Source: Malacoraja senta (taxonomy: Eukaryota). From it: DNA of 64,000 nucleotides. Each line of letters opens with the position of its first letter. Positions within the stretch are counted from its first letter, which is position 1. The stretch spans positions 13,330,001-13,394,000 of the forward strand of contig CM075986.1 in the NCBI GenBank assembly GCA_038087875.1, given 5' to 3'. Both the position numbers and the translations under genes were made by a program. Below, one piece after another: positions 1-13,210 of the stretch. Under the pieces are notes generated by a model that was given only the letters and a program-made list of their open reading frames with translations, did no database searches and had not been told where the DNA came from.

Positions 1-130
1 ATTCCCATACTGATTTTTCTGTCCTGGGCTTCCTCCATTGCCAGAGTGGTCACATGCAGACTGGAGGAACAGCACCCCTTGCTCCACATGGTTAGGGTTC
101 AACCCAACAGTATGAACATTGAATTCTAGG
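1..130 (+). mobile_element. Penelope-like element, decayed GIY-YIG endonuclease C-terminus
   Basis: Reads SHTDFSVLGFLHCQS..(fs)..RLEEQH..VQPNSMNIEF, resembling the RKLEEQHLIFRLGSLQPxGMNIEF ending of fish Penelope ORFs. Confidence 0.7.
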
Positions 131-159
131 TAACTAACCAACAAACAAACATGGTTAAT

Positions 160-500
160 GATACGATACGATAGAACTTTATTTATCCCAGGAGGGAAAT
201 TGATCTGCCAACAGTCATAAAACACAAGATACGAGAAACATGAAATTAAAGTGACGAGTGGAAAGGATTGGGGATGTGCAAAGATTGGGAAAGGGGTCGG
301 GGGGGGGGGGGGGTCAGTCTACCCCACGACAGAAGAAGGGGAGGGAGTTGTACAGTTTGTACTGCTCAGGTTGACTAGTGTGTCATGGAGAGGGGTGAGC
401 TGTATTGTCCAAGATGCCCCGCAGTTTGAGGAGCATCCTCCTCTCCAAGACCACCTCCCATGAATCCAACTCTGCCGCCAGGACAGAGTCAGCCTTCCTG
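160..500 (-). mobile_element. Rex1/Babar-like LINE 3' fragment
   Basis: Minus strand RMLLKLRGILDNTAHP-like peptide, AATAAA and (tatcg)n tail; tail segment repeated at 1214-1322. Confidence 0.6.
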
Positions 501-1213
501 ATAATGGTCAGCATTTCCTTCTCAATATGCATGTAATTATGTCTGCCAAGCAAATATCACAGGTTTTCCAGGTATTGCAGGCTTTTCATAATGTGGCTGG
601 TAATAGTGCCTAGGCTGCAATTTGACAGTAGCTTTAAGGTTATATTGTATTGTGTAACACACAAACAGGACATACCACCCAACTGAACCATGCTAACTTT
701 ATGATCCTCTTGAACTTCTTCCTATCTTTAGTCATCTCAATATATCAGCTTAACCGTCTATTCTCCTCTCCATCATTTGATCTCTTAAATGTATCCACAT
801 CATTTGCTTTAACTGCTCTCCGTTTTTGGTTAGATGATAATGAACGAGTAGAGATTTGGTACTCAGATGTTGGCTGCTACAGATCAGTGTAATATCTTAT
901 TATTCTTAAGACATTGGTGCAATTCATATGTTCAATAATTCCCAGAAAGGAGAGGAGATTAGTGATACCCTTTGATGCATGTCTTTCATGGTGGGATCAA
1001 CCTTTTCTTTAACAATTTCAATCCATTGGCTTCTAACTTCAGGCTGAAATGCACACAACTCAGGCTGTATTGTGGAAGTTGCAGTATTGACGAAGGTTAA
1101 GATAGCTGTACAGCACAATGTGGAAACTGCAACTATGACAAAGGTTAGGGTAGCTGTGCAACACAACAACCTTTAGGCATTTATTGACGCACATCAATGT
1201 TCCTGATAGGTAT

Positions 1214-1322
1214 TCGATAGAACTTTATTTATTCCAGGAGGGAAATTGATCTGCCACAGTCATAAAAACACACAATACATGAAACATGAAATTAAAGTGA
1301 TGAGTGGAAAGGATTGGGGATT
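1214..1322 (-). mobile_element. Second copy of the same LINE 3' tail
   Basis: Near-identical to 168-275. Confidence 0.7.
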
Positions 1323-2429
1323 CACCTTTCCATTTAATTTGGGCAGACATTTTGGGAAATTCCAGCATCCTGGAATTAGATGACATAATACTCCAATGCC
1401 TGCAACTTGCACTAAGATTAAGCTGAAAAATTACACTCATTGTGCAGGCTAAAGGTGTACCATAACTGTTGAAGAGTCACAAATCCCAAATGTAGTTCTT
1501 TGTGTTAAGTGGTGCATTAATCGCCTGAGTTCAAAATAATACCCAATGACTGCATTTCGCTTGTTTTTTTTTAACAGAAACAGAATGATCTCATTAGCAA
1601 TGGCATGTAACCAAAGTTAAAGATGAGCAAAGGAATATAATTTGGGCACTCCGGCCAATTTACCTGGGAATTGCATACATTTCACAATTAGATGAATGCA
1701 TTAAATCTGCATGCAGCTGAGCAAATGCTTGTTAAAGCTGAGCCTCTCATTTCCCCAGGGCTGAGCACCCCCTGTGCATGCACTGATCATTTTCTACAGC
1801 TAATGCCAAGATATTATAAAACCTGGCCATAGGTGGACTGGACTGAAGGCAATAGGAATGATAGACTTTATTTTAAATAGCACCTGTCATAATCTTACTG
1901 ATTTACATTCAATGACAGTTCAGTTTTGGTATTTTTTCATTTTAAGGACATTTAAGGCTGAACCTTGACCCAGAGACCAGGGAGAAATCCTCTGCATTTC
2001 TCCAAATAATAGTTTAGAATCATTCACTGCAAGCTCTCTCTCTTTCAAATGACTGTGGAACAGTCTCTCTCCAGAGACTGTTCCACAAGAAGGGTTTCGG
2101 CCCGAAACGTTGCCTATTTCCTTCGCTCCATAGATGTTGCTGCACCCGCTGAGTTTCTCCAGCATTTTTGTGTACCACCGACTACATTTAAATGACTGAT
2201 TGTGCAGCATTTCCTCAGCTTTAGATGTAAAAGATTCCAGTGACCAATTTCAAGGAAGAACATTGGAAATGTCCCCTCCTCCTTCACCTCCATCAAACTG
2301 ATTTTCTGTTCAAGTCACTGATATGGAACTTGGGCGCACATACCCTGACTGTTCCGGGAATAGATCCACAGAGCCACAGCTGGAAAAAAAGTAGCCTCTC
2401 AAGTGGGCCTACAATTAAGGTGACGCCCA

Positions 2430-2615
2430 CTGTGATGGGCTTTGGGGAGGGAATCAGGAACTGGATCCAACTGCTCTACACTGATATCTGTAGTGCAGTG
2501 CAAATCAATGGGTGGGAAACGTATAGCTTCCCACAATCAGGTCTGGAGTCTGGCAGGATTGTCCACTCCCCTCTTGTTTGTGTGCTGTGTAAGAACCCAG
2601 CTGTAAAGGCATTCT
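2430..2615 (+). mobile_element. Tx1-type LINE reverse transcriptase fragment
   Basis: MGFGEGIRNWIQLLYTDICSAVQINGW followed by a frameshifted SGV.Q.CPLSP motif. Confidence 0.75.
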
Positions 2616-3070
2616 CTGATCCCAAACCACTCCCCATCAGTTTGTTTGTACTTGTTGACATTATCACAATCGGACATGTAGGTCTAATTTCTGACATGAA
2701 TGTCAATTGTGCCTGACATTGCACTAGCCATCAATTATATAAAACCAATTTGTCAAGAGGAATGGGGAGAAGGCAGGAGAATGGGGTTAGGAGGGAGAGA
2801 TAGATCAGCCATGATTGAATGGCAGAGTAGATTTGATGGGCCAAATGGCCTAATCCTGCTCCTATCCCATGATAACTTCAATGAAAAGGAAAATTGGATA
2901 TGATATTAAATGAATGGCTGAATTCTATACAAATCACTCAAAGTTAAAATTATACCAAATCTTTTCAGTCTACAATTCTGATTCGTAATATTGACCCACA
3001 CTATCCTAGCCATGTTCTGTTTTCACTCCTACCATCAGGAATAAGGTGCAGGAGCCTCAAAACCATCCCC

Positions 3071-3160
3071 TGCAGAAGGGTTTCGGCCCAAAACGTTGCC
3101 TATTTCCTTCGCTCCATAAATGCTGCTGCACCCGCTGAGTTTCTCCAGCATTTTGTGTAC
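3071..3160 (+). mobile_element. PLE-derived short repeat (subfamily B), single arm
   Basis: cctcaaaaccatcccc duplicated at 3055-3070 and 3160-3175; sister copy at 2088-2175. Confidence 0.8.
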
Positions 3161-3762
3161 CTCAAAACCATCCCCACCAGGTTCAACAAGAATCAAGTCA
3201 AGAGTGTTTTATTGTCATATGTCCCAAAACAGAACAATGAAATTCTTACTTGCAGCAGCGCAACATATACATAGTACTCTGTAAACATCATAATAAACCA
3301 AAAAGAATTTCAGTATATATAAATATTTAAAAAAAAACAATAATAGCTTCTTGTGTAAGAAGGAACTGCAGATGCTGGTTTAAACTGAAGATCGACACAA
3401 AAAGCTGGACAGGTAGCATCTCTGGAGAGAAGGAATGGGTGACATTTCGGGTCGAGACCCTTCTTCAGACTGGTTAGGGATAAGTGAAACGAGAGATATA
3501 GATGGTGATGTGCAGAGATAAAGAACAATGAATGAAAGATATGCAAAAAAGTCACAATGATAAATAGCTTCTTCCCAACAACCATCAGGTTTTTGAACAC
3601 CACATAACAATAACCTAAGGACTTCTATGGACTGTCTTTGGTTGCCCTTAGGCTTCTTTTTTTTTTGCACTAGTATTAGGATTATTAACTTATTGAATTT
3701 TGAAAAATTATATATTATCTGTGTGTATTGCAATTAAGGGCCTGTCAAGCTGTTGCAAGTAA

Positions 3763-4446
3763 AGGGCCTGTCCCACTTACGTGTCCTTGGCACGCAAATT
3801 ACGCGACCTCGTGGTCGCGTTGAGGCGCACGGGCATCCTATGGCCGTGCGGGGCCGGTCCCACTGAGAAGCGCGGATGGGTATGTAGTTGTGCGCGATAT
3901 CGCGCGGGGCTCCGAAATTTTTGTAGCAAACGAAATCTTCGCGTGCCAACGGCCTGTCGCGGAACTGACGGCCAAAGTGGGACAGGCTCAAGACCCTGGC
4001 GCGACTGAACGTCTCACTCCCATCAGCAGCAGAAACAGGCAAACGATCGCCGAACTCGGCCTGGGGCTCACGGCCGTTGCGGTCCGGATCCGCCCCCACT
4101 TCTACTCCCAGAGCGGGGCCAAGAAAATTGAAGATAGACACAAAATGCAGGAGTAACTCAGCGGCACCGGCAGCATCTCTGGAGAGAAGGAATGGGTGAC
4201 GTTTTGAGTCAAGACCCTTCTTTTAAGGCTGAAGAAGTCTCGACACGAAACGTCACCCATTGGTTCCCTCCAGAGATGATGCCGGTCCCGCTGTGTTACT
4301 CCGGCATTTTGTGTCCGTCTTCAAATGACGTCACGCGCTCCAGACAGCTGTGCGGTCGAATGAAGTCGCGTGCGACCTTCGCGGCTCAACGCGACTGCGA
4401 GGTCGCGTAATTTGCGTGTCAAGGACACGTAAGTGGGACAGGCCCT
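3763..4446. mobile_element. Non-autonomous PIF/Harbinger-type DNA transposon (MITE) with a nested palindromic PLE-derived repeat (4129-4322)
   Basis: TIR AGGGCCTGTCCCACTTACGTGTCCTTG... at both ends; TAA duplicated at 3760-3762 and 4447-4449; CpG-rich. Confidence 0.85.
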
Positions 4447-6759
4447 TAAGAATTTCATTGTTCTATTGACAGTATACCTGTATATAACAAAGACTCTTAA
4501 CTCTTGACTCTTAAATGAACCCCAATTACTTTGAGTGTGCTGAATCTTTATGTGATTGTGTAATGGTGTGTGCGAATGGGGGTGCGAGAATTGTTTTGTC
4601 ATTTCATTGCACCCAAATAGACAATTTTATTTTTATTGGCAAAACAAAGGGAATCCCAGAGGTCTACAATTCAGGACACATTAAAGCTAGCATTTGAGCG
4701 TTTTCAAGCATAAATTTCAGCTCTGGTAGTTTGCTTTATGCGAATGAGACATTCTACATGTTTAAGGTTGTAGCAAACACTCAACATAAGAACAATCCCA
4801 TATTTTTCTGAAGATTTTGCTGCGTATCTTTGAGTAGAAAACATTTCCCTCAGTGAAAGAGCCCACAAGTGACTTGAAGTTCAGTTTGCAATCCGGCGAG
4901 GGTTCTCTTTGGTCAGGACACTCACGTACCAACACACCCTGTCGGGAATCCAGGGAGCTGCCAGCCGTGTGTAATCATCTAATATGATTAGCAATTGGAA
5001 AATGGTGGGGAGCAGGAAATGTTTGATTTACGCCGATGGCAGGCATGTCCCATTCTCCCCACAACAGGAGTACAGACTGGGAAAACGATTCCCGAATCTG
5101 CTGAAAGGGCTCAGAAGCACCAAGGCTAATCCCATTACCATTTCGCTTATTGTGTTAAACAATCTCAGGTGGCACAGACCCTTTAAGATTCTGAATTAAA
5201 GGAGATGATGTTGAGTTCGGCAGCACCACGGCTGGTCCAGGGTGGCTGGAGCCCGAGCCTTTTTCTGTGTGTAGCTGCGATTTTCTCCGCTATCAATCAG
5301 CCCTGTGCCAGAATTCTGACCTATTGCCAATTACACATTCTTCCCCCATTGTAGTCGCTTTTTTATTTGTCTTGTTTCTCAATCAGTAATCGGCCTGGAA
5401 GTGTTTTCCCAGCCCTAGTGGCGCATGCCTTAGCCAGTTGCTATGCATCTGTAAGAGTTTAATTGTTTTTCTTTTATTCTTTGATTAAAAGTGAGGAGGG
5501 TGAGGTCAGGGAGTGGAACAGCGAGAGAGAGGAGACATGACTGAACAATAAGTGAGAGAAAGGCAGGGAGGAGTTGGTGACTGATGGTGACAGATATTAG
5601 AGAGGGGTTAAATGTGCCCTATCACCCATCCATTGAAGCCTATTTAACAGCCTCCTCCCAACAGACTGCAGTCTTGATCCCAGGCTGTCATTCTGACATA
5701 TAAGAAACCTAATGGGATTTTGCAAAAACAAACTCAAAATTATCCGGAATTGTTTGGTGTTTTCTTTCTACCATTCTTTAAACCTATTTTTAAAATTAAT
5801 TTTCTCCTTTTGTTTCCTACTCCTGTTTGACTATTTCCACAAGACGCAGCAGGTCAAAGCTGCAAAACTCCCTTCGGGAATGGACAGGAACAGTGAGCAA
5901 CAGAAGTCTGCTTCTTGCCTGATGTTCAGAAATTCGTCAGCTACGGTCAGAACGGGGAACTCCAGCAATGTTAGGGACATCAGCTCCTGTGTCGCTGTGT
6001 CTACTTAGGTTATCAGTACCTCCACATTCACTTACCTCCCATTACTTTGTCTGCAGGCTGGTCTAACACAATAAAATTAAACAGATATACTGTATCACAA
6101 TGAAGTACCCAAAATTTACAAAATGGCATTCTGCTGAACATTCATCGACCTGTAGTATTAACACTGCTTCTCGTTCCCCTAGATGCTATCTGATCTTATC
6201 AGGAGTTGCACCATTTTCTGTTTTTTATTACTGAAGCAGGACAGTAATGTTCAGCAGTTCATGTCACCGGATCTTCCTCTAATGCTACTTTCTCTAACTC
6301 ACCATCTTTTCCATTCTAGTTCATGCACTGTAACATCCCTTGGAACGTATCTATGCAATTTATCTCAGCTGTACCATTTGTTGGCAAGTCCTGCAACCTA
6401 ACCATTCTCTGGGTAAAGAAGCATTTCCTGAATTTCTTTTAGATGTATTCATAACTTCTCTTTTGCTATCCTGACTCTTACTTTTCAATTGTGTAATGGA
6501 AAACATCTTCTCTACATCTGCCTTTTGAACTACCTTTCACAAAGTCAACCTTCAACCTACAATGAACACCTCTGGCATGTTCCGTCTTTGCTAATAGTTA
6601 CTACTTCACGTCCTTGCAAATTTTTCTTTGCCTTTTTCACATCTAATTTTTTATATGTGTATCTCAAAAATCAACCGAATTCATAAAAACTACATGCAAG
6701 AAATATAACACACTACACGGCTTTCTATGCATTTTTGGTGTCATGAATTTCATACAATG

Positions 6760-7990
6760 CAAGTACAAAAATGCCAATGCGTTCATGGCTTCTTTGAAAA
6801 ATATACCCTTCAAATATTTGCGGGACTGTTACACTGGACCCAGCTCCCCAGTGTTCAGCGGCAGCAGGATCTTAGACTGCAGTCCTTTCTCACAGAGCTT
6901 TTACTTTGGCTGCTTCAAGCTTCAGTGCATCCCCCAGCACATACATCTGCAGACAGGAATCATTCGGCAATATTCACTTACGGACATCTCGTTGGACTGA
7001 AAGACCTAATTTTGGACAGACCAAAGTTTGCTTTTCACGGGGACGATGATCTTCCAGCAGCACTTGATATCTGTCTCGGTGTGAATCCATGGGAACAGCA
7101 CATAGATCAGATAGTCTTTGTAACACAAATGCTCAGAAGGAACTTCGATAAGGACTATTGCATACTTTTCCAGACCGTGTTCTCTATCCACAAAGAGGTG
7201 GGCCATTACACTATTGACATTGCAGCCGCTCTTAGGATTGCAAACTTTAGGAGTGTGACTCTGGCTGTGCAGGAAGGATCTGTTGGGGAGGGTCCCTTTC
7301 ATTACAAGCCAAGTGCGGTCTTGGTGATTGTTGGTGAGTTCTGGTGATATGTAGTTTTGACAGGTTGCTTGGGAAACCATCCCACAGCATTCATCGGCTC
7401 CTTCCACAGGACCTGCAGGAGGTTCTGTGCTGAACACTGCCTGATGGACTTGTGCTCAAAGATGACTTTCTGTGGAAACACTTTCAAGAAAGACAGAGAG
7501 TGTAGCAAAGTCTAACTGGATGGAACATTGTGTGACAACCAGGTCAGGCCCATCCTTCACAACATTGGGGACAGGGAGAACCTCTTCTGCACACAACACC
7601 ATCTGTTGTATGTGTGTATTTTGGTTCAGAAGACAGCTTGATGCAGCTGCACACAAAAGTGTAGTCAGGATTAAGGTAATGTTGGGTAAGCTTTTTCCCG
7701 GGATTCTCTGAATACGTGCGTCATGACCCATTGGATGCATTCCATGTTGGATCCCCAGATGAAATGGAAGATGGCTCAGGTGTTAGTCCATTTAAGGGGG
7801 TCCAGGGCCTGTAAGGTCTTCAGCACCTTTACCTGGTGCAATGCTATGCTATGCATCCTTTTTATGAGAGTACCAGGCCTCCTAATAACCCACCACTTCC
7901 ATAGCAATGTTCTATTTTGCTCAAGGCCAAAATAATTGACCACACACAAGACCTCATACAAACCGACACAGAGAAAACTCTTCAAATTCT
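6760..7990 (-). mobile_element. Decayed Tx1-type LINE, 3' part of ORF2
   Basis: Frameshifted peptides FEHKSIRQCSAQN.., VGWFPKQ, SPELTNNHQDRTWLV, HLFVD, FPWIHTETDIKCCWK, GDALKL; homologous to 8200-8900 and 26330-26790. Confidence 0.75.
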
Positions 7991-8189
7991 GCTGGGTTGG
8001 GGATTGTGGTGGAGTGGGCTTTTACTGTATGTGAAGCATTTCAAAGGCTCAAGGAAGGTATGGCTGGGTAGGGGTGATTATTGACTCTGGGAGGCAGAGA
8101 GGCCAGGATCAAGGTGTAGCATAGGAAAATTAAAGAGACACCAAAATTATACCAGCAGTGAGAGTGGAGATGGAGATGGTCACGGTAAA

Positions 8190-8900
8190 GTGAGAATAAC
8201 AGTTACAAAAATCTTAAAGGCTTACCCCCTATGCTCACTGGTCTCCAGGCAGCTGTTGTGAGGTTGAAACAATTGTCCATATGTTTGTGGACTGGGCGTT
8301 TGCAAAGAAGGTCAAGAAAAAGATACAAGGTTCCTTGTTGAGGTTCATCCTGAGCAACTCTGTGTAACTCTGATCTATGGGCTGTTTCCGGGGACATAGA
8401 TCAGAGTCCTTCGTTAGGCAGTGCTCAGGATCAACCTCGACAAGGAGCCTTGTATGCAGATCCTGACTATCTTTGCAAACACACAATCCACAAACAGGTG
8501 GACAAATGCTTCATCCTCAGCACAGCTGCCTGGAGAACAGTATGCATAGGGAGTGAGCCTTTAAGGTTTTTTCTAACTGTTCATCCCACTACTAGCAGAA
8601 GATCATGAACTCAATCAAAGACAGACAGTACAACGAGATATCCATAAGGGAATGCTGCCACCCAGTACATACCATTCTGCAGGAGCATGTGCTGAGGGAT
8701 GCACTGACGGTCACTGCAGCCATAGGCTTCATGGGGAAGGACTGTAATACAAGGTGCTGCAGTGTCGAGGGCACTGAGAGACTGGGTCCAGTATAGTGGA
8801 CCTGCAAACACTGGAAGGGTGCATTGTTCAAAGAGACCACATGAGTGGCAATGCCATTTGAATGGGTGATCGATGGTTGGTGTAGACTCGGTGGGCTGTT
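8190..8900 (+). mobile_element. Decayed Tx1-type LINE 3' end containing an internal inverted duplication
   Basis: ECCHPVHTILQEHVLRDALTV peptide; 8190-8379 mirrored by 8395-8589. Confidence 0.7.
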
Positions 8901-9799
8901 TTTGTGCTGTATTTCCAAAACTGAACGAAACAATACTGTGCTTTTGCTCTTTTTGACACATTTACTGAGAACATTGTTGTCTTGTTATTTCTCTTCCCAA
9001 AATTCATCCTCACACTTCCCTGCTGTCAAGTTCCTGTGCCATTTTCATCGTCCTGAGCCACTGGCAGAATCATGTTGATAAACACTACCTGACAGCTCAG
9101 CTGCTGGGTACGTCTGACTGTGACCATTCGGGGGTTAAGCTTGATGCATCTGTGGGTGAAAACATCATCTCTTGTTTCAATTAATTCTGTCCTCGCTGAG
9201 TGGATTGGGCTGAGCCAAAACACCAGTTTAATCTCAGCAATCCCAGTGTCAAATAAAATTGCAGTTCAGAATGATCTCAGGTTTAGAAGTCAATTTATAA
9301 GGACACATTTCTTGGATTCTCTTGAATACAAAGTATCAGTGATAGTTTCTGAGATGGTAAAAGGGTTTGATCAGATCCATAGAAGGAAACTATTCCCTCT
9401 GGTGGCCAAGTGAAAGAAAATTATAACTGAGCCATTGGGAATGAATGCTCGTAGGACACTCGAAATCTTGGAGCTGCTCCCTCAGAAAGATTTTTTTTTT
9501 TAAATGGAGCTTTCAAGAGTAAGAGACATAGATTTTGTTCTGGAAAGATATCAAAGGATATGAAGCAAGCATGAGATGCAGATCAGACAAAATCATATTG
9601 AATGTTATTTGAATCTCCTTACAGAATGTAAGGATCTGGCAAGGTTGGTAGTGATTGTCCATCCTGAATTACATTTGATCTGAATGACCCAAGGAAATAA
9701 ACTGCCTTCTTCTGCTCTTGATGTTGCTAAGAGTTGATACTTGTCTGCGAATGATGATGAAAGTAGCATGAATAGCATGCCACTGATAATAGACATGGC

Positions 9800-10330
9800 C
9801 AGTGGAGCTAAATGTCTCACGATGAAAGACCTCTTTTCCGGAATGTGTCCAGCAAGTCTCCTCCTACTGAGGCATTGAATAATTGAACTGAAATAATTTT
9901 ACTCCTTTCGGATGGAATCAATATTAAGTATGGTGCAAAATTATTGGGAGATAGAGAGCACACTATAGACTTTCACTGAGAGGAGCCCAAGAGCAAAATA
10001 CACGGGGCAGGTCTACAGTGCATGCAGTAAGAGTTAATAAAACTGGAATGAACTGGGACCAAAGGCTGGTTAGAAACAGCTCTGTCAAGGGAAGAGTGAA
10101 AAGGAAAAGATTCAAGGATGTGCTCAAAGCATCATTGAATAAATGGAATACCCACACTGAATTTTGGGAACCTCTGAGTAATAACTGCAGAAAATGGAGA
10201 AGGTGCATTTGAGGTGGTATTGAGAACCTCAATGCATTGGTAACACTGCATTGGTGGTGGAAGGAATGCACCACCCCCAAAATACCCCCAAACCCACCCA
10301 CCCCATCAGCCAGCATGTATCCCATGAATA
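9800..10330 (+). mobile_element. Old RTE-type LINE 3' fragment
   Basis: GRVKRKRFKDVLKASLNKWN...WEPL...KWRR C-terminal RTE motif. Confidence 0.65.
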
Positions 10331-11031
10331 GATTTCAAGGTTTCAAGAGTGTTTATAGAAAAAAAGAACTGCAGATGCTGGTCTTTTTTCAAGAGTGTTT
10401 GTTTGTCCTATGCACTGGATGTGAAGTGGAATGTATACATTTTTACCTTCTGCAGTAAAGCTGCAGTTCTCACATTCGCTTTGTGAGCCACCTCAGAACC
10501 CCTTACACCAAAGTGGAAGCGAGCCATCCTCGATGTCAAGGGGATGCCTAATAAAAAGAAAGAAAATATACAGCTACACCAACGGATCTGAGAACCTAAA
10601 GGACTCAGCTTACTCCACATTCCTGGCTAGTTCAGGCATATTCACCAAGGTCTGTGAATAAAGCCCATCATCTCTGTGGCTCAAGAAACAACTGGGGCAT
10701 TTTTTTTGTGTCAAGTCTATTATGTTGATGGCACATGGCACATCAAGGATTGTTTCCACGAGAATTTATGCTACTTGGTCCTCAGATCAAATGGTGTTGC
10801 ATTGGTAAGATATTGGCTGATCTGATTGTAATGTCACCTCCACTTTCCCATCTACATATAATAATTTTTCACCCTTTTACTCATCAACGATCTCACTATC
10901 CCTTCTCTAAATATATTCCAAATTCCACTTCTGCTGACCTGGGGCAAACCAGTTTCCCAGAAGTAGATCACGATTTAATGTTAGGAAGTGACAAATGCAA
11001 TAGATGAAATAAATCAATACATATTGCATAT

Positions 11032-11256
11032 GTGTAGGAAGGAACTGCAGATGCTGCTTTACACCAAAGATAGACACAAAATGCTGGAGTAACTCAGCAG
11101 GACAGGCAGCATCTCTGGATGGAAGAAATAGGTTTCGTGTCGAGACCCTTCTTCAGACTTTTGAAGAATCTGACAATGACAGAAGAAGGGTCTCGACCCG
11201 TAACATCACCCATTCTGTCTCTCCAGAGATGCTGCTTGTCCCGCTGATTTTGTGTC
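11032..11256. mobile_element. PLE-derived short repeat, inverted pair
   Basis: Inverted arms; catattKcatat duplicated in the flanks. Confidence 0.75.
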
Positions 11257-12599
11257 ATATTTCATATTCACTGCATGGCCTTTGTCAAATTGAGTCAAAT
11301 TGAGTTTGAAGTGCAGGATCTTGCTAGGAACCTTCTCAGCCACATCCACCAGTACAGAAGTGGTTCTCACAGATTTGCAGTGCAGATTCCATCCAACAAA
11401 TAAAAAAAGCTTCCATCCAACGAGAGGCACTGTGTGACAATTGCAGCAGACTGCTGGAAGATTCCTTGCAATCCTCAAGAAAATCTTCCTTTTTTGAGGA
11501 CAGTTATAGTAATGGTATATCTCAGATCTTTGGTACCAGATGAAAGAGAGAAAATAGACACAAAATGCTGGAGTAACTCAGCGGGTCAGGCAACATCTCT
11601 GGAGAAAAGGAATCGGTGACCTTTTAGGTCGGAACCCTTCTAATATATGATTTGACTACATACAGTCAAGGTTTTTCACTGTATCTTGGTACACATGATA
11701 ATAATAAAAAAACAACAAACCATTAAAATATCATTACTTTAACAACTCTTTATTCTTCCAGAACACATTTGCCCTCAATAAAACTCTTCCATATAATTTA
11801 TCTGCCGTGTAATTCCCTTTGCATTTCTCATAGGATCCATGTCAATGACTTGTGAGATCCTAGTAATTTATTCTCCTTTAGGTTAAATAGTTCTCCAATT
11901 GCCTATTATTGTTTATAATATTGTTCTAACAATAAGAATTTAAAAAAGAACTAGGCTTACAACTAAACTATGCCTTAAAGAGAGACAAACATGCCACATG
12001 ATCTACAGCACAACTTCATTGTGGAGTATGATGAAAATAAACACATGAAGGATCATAACTAATCAATTTGTCCATGTCAAGATTTCAAAAATCCTTTGCA
12101 ATAAATCAGCAAATAACTTACTTTTGTGATGCTGGTACATGATAAATATGGGACTATATCAGGAGATTTCATCACCTCTTTCAATAATGCCTCCAAAATT
12201 ATTAACAGCAATTACTGCGCCATGCTGTTATTATTCCCCCAGGTTCTGTTGTGCAGTATTTGTGCTCCCAACTCTCCCAACTCTCCATTCAATAACAGCT
12301 AGCAGATAGGATTGGGTGCAGGAACTCATTCCGTGTTCTTGTGAACCTTCCATTCTTCACACTACCTCCGCACTCTCATTCTGTTAAGTCACTCCCTCAG
12401 CCCATACGGATTGATTCTGAACCAAGGAAGGAAACATTGGCATAAAAAGATTGACCGATGTGGTAAATCTTAAAGGGTATTTAAAAGGAGGAAACAGGTG
12501 GAGAACAGAAGTATGAAGAGGGATTTTAGGGAACCTGGCGATCTTGACATCTGAACAAAATTAGAGGATCAAGGCACACCCCGGAAATATATGCACATA

Positions 12600-13210
12600 A
12601 ACCCAGACAAATACTCAGGTGCAGTTTAGAAAGAAGATTTGGCATGTCTACAAGAATTCTCTTGAATTACTTCAGATGCACAATGGAGTATATTTTGACA
12701 GAATGCATCACGGGTTGCTATGGCAACTGCCGTGCTCTTGATCACCTGTACGTGGTGAACACATCCCAGTCCATCACAGGCTTGTCACTTCCTTCCATCC
12801 AGTCCCTCATCATGGTGCATTGTGACAGGAAGGCTGAAAGTATTGTCAAGGATGGATGGCTCCTGGGCCACTCTCTTTTATGTCTTCTACCTTCTGGGAG
12901 AAAATGTAGGAACTTCAAAGCCAGAACGTAGAGATTTAAGAGCAGCTTCTTCCCCATGGCTGTCAGACTCAAGAATCACTCACTTCTTTACTATTACTCT
13001 TAACTTTACTTCACTCGGTTATTCCTTTTTTGCACTTTTTTATAGTACTTCAGTTTGCACTAAAACCTTTGCACCATTCTGCTGTTTTTGCATTCATTGT
13101 TGTATCTATTGTGTAATTGAATTCATGGTTTACTCTATCAGCTCCTTACAAACAGGGAATTTCATTGCAACCCTGTGTATGGAGCAATAAACTAATTCTG
13201 AATCTGAATC
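12600..13210 (+). mobile_element. Rex1/Babar-like LINE 3' fragment
   Basis: YFRCTMEYILTECITGCYGNC...LLPSGRKCRNFKART peptide; AATAAA plus (tctgaa)n tail. Confidence 0.7.

Noticed and set aside
1065-1170. 48-bp tandem duplication giving a repeated LCCTA peptide
   Set aside because: Simple diverged local duplication; no splice or homology support
6727-7347. 206-aa plus-strand ORF
   Set aside because: Antisense shadow of the decayed Tx1 ORF2
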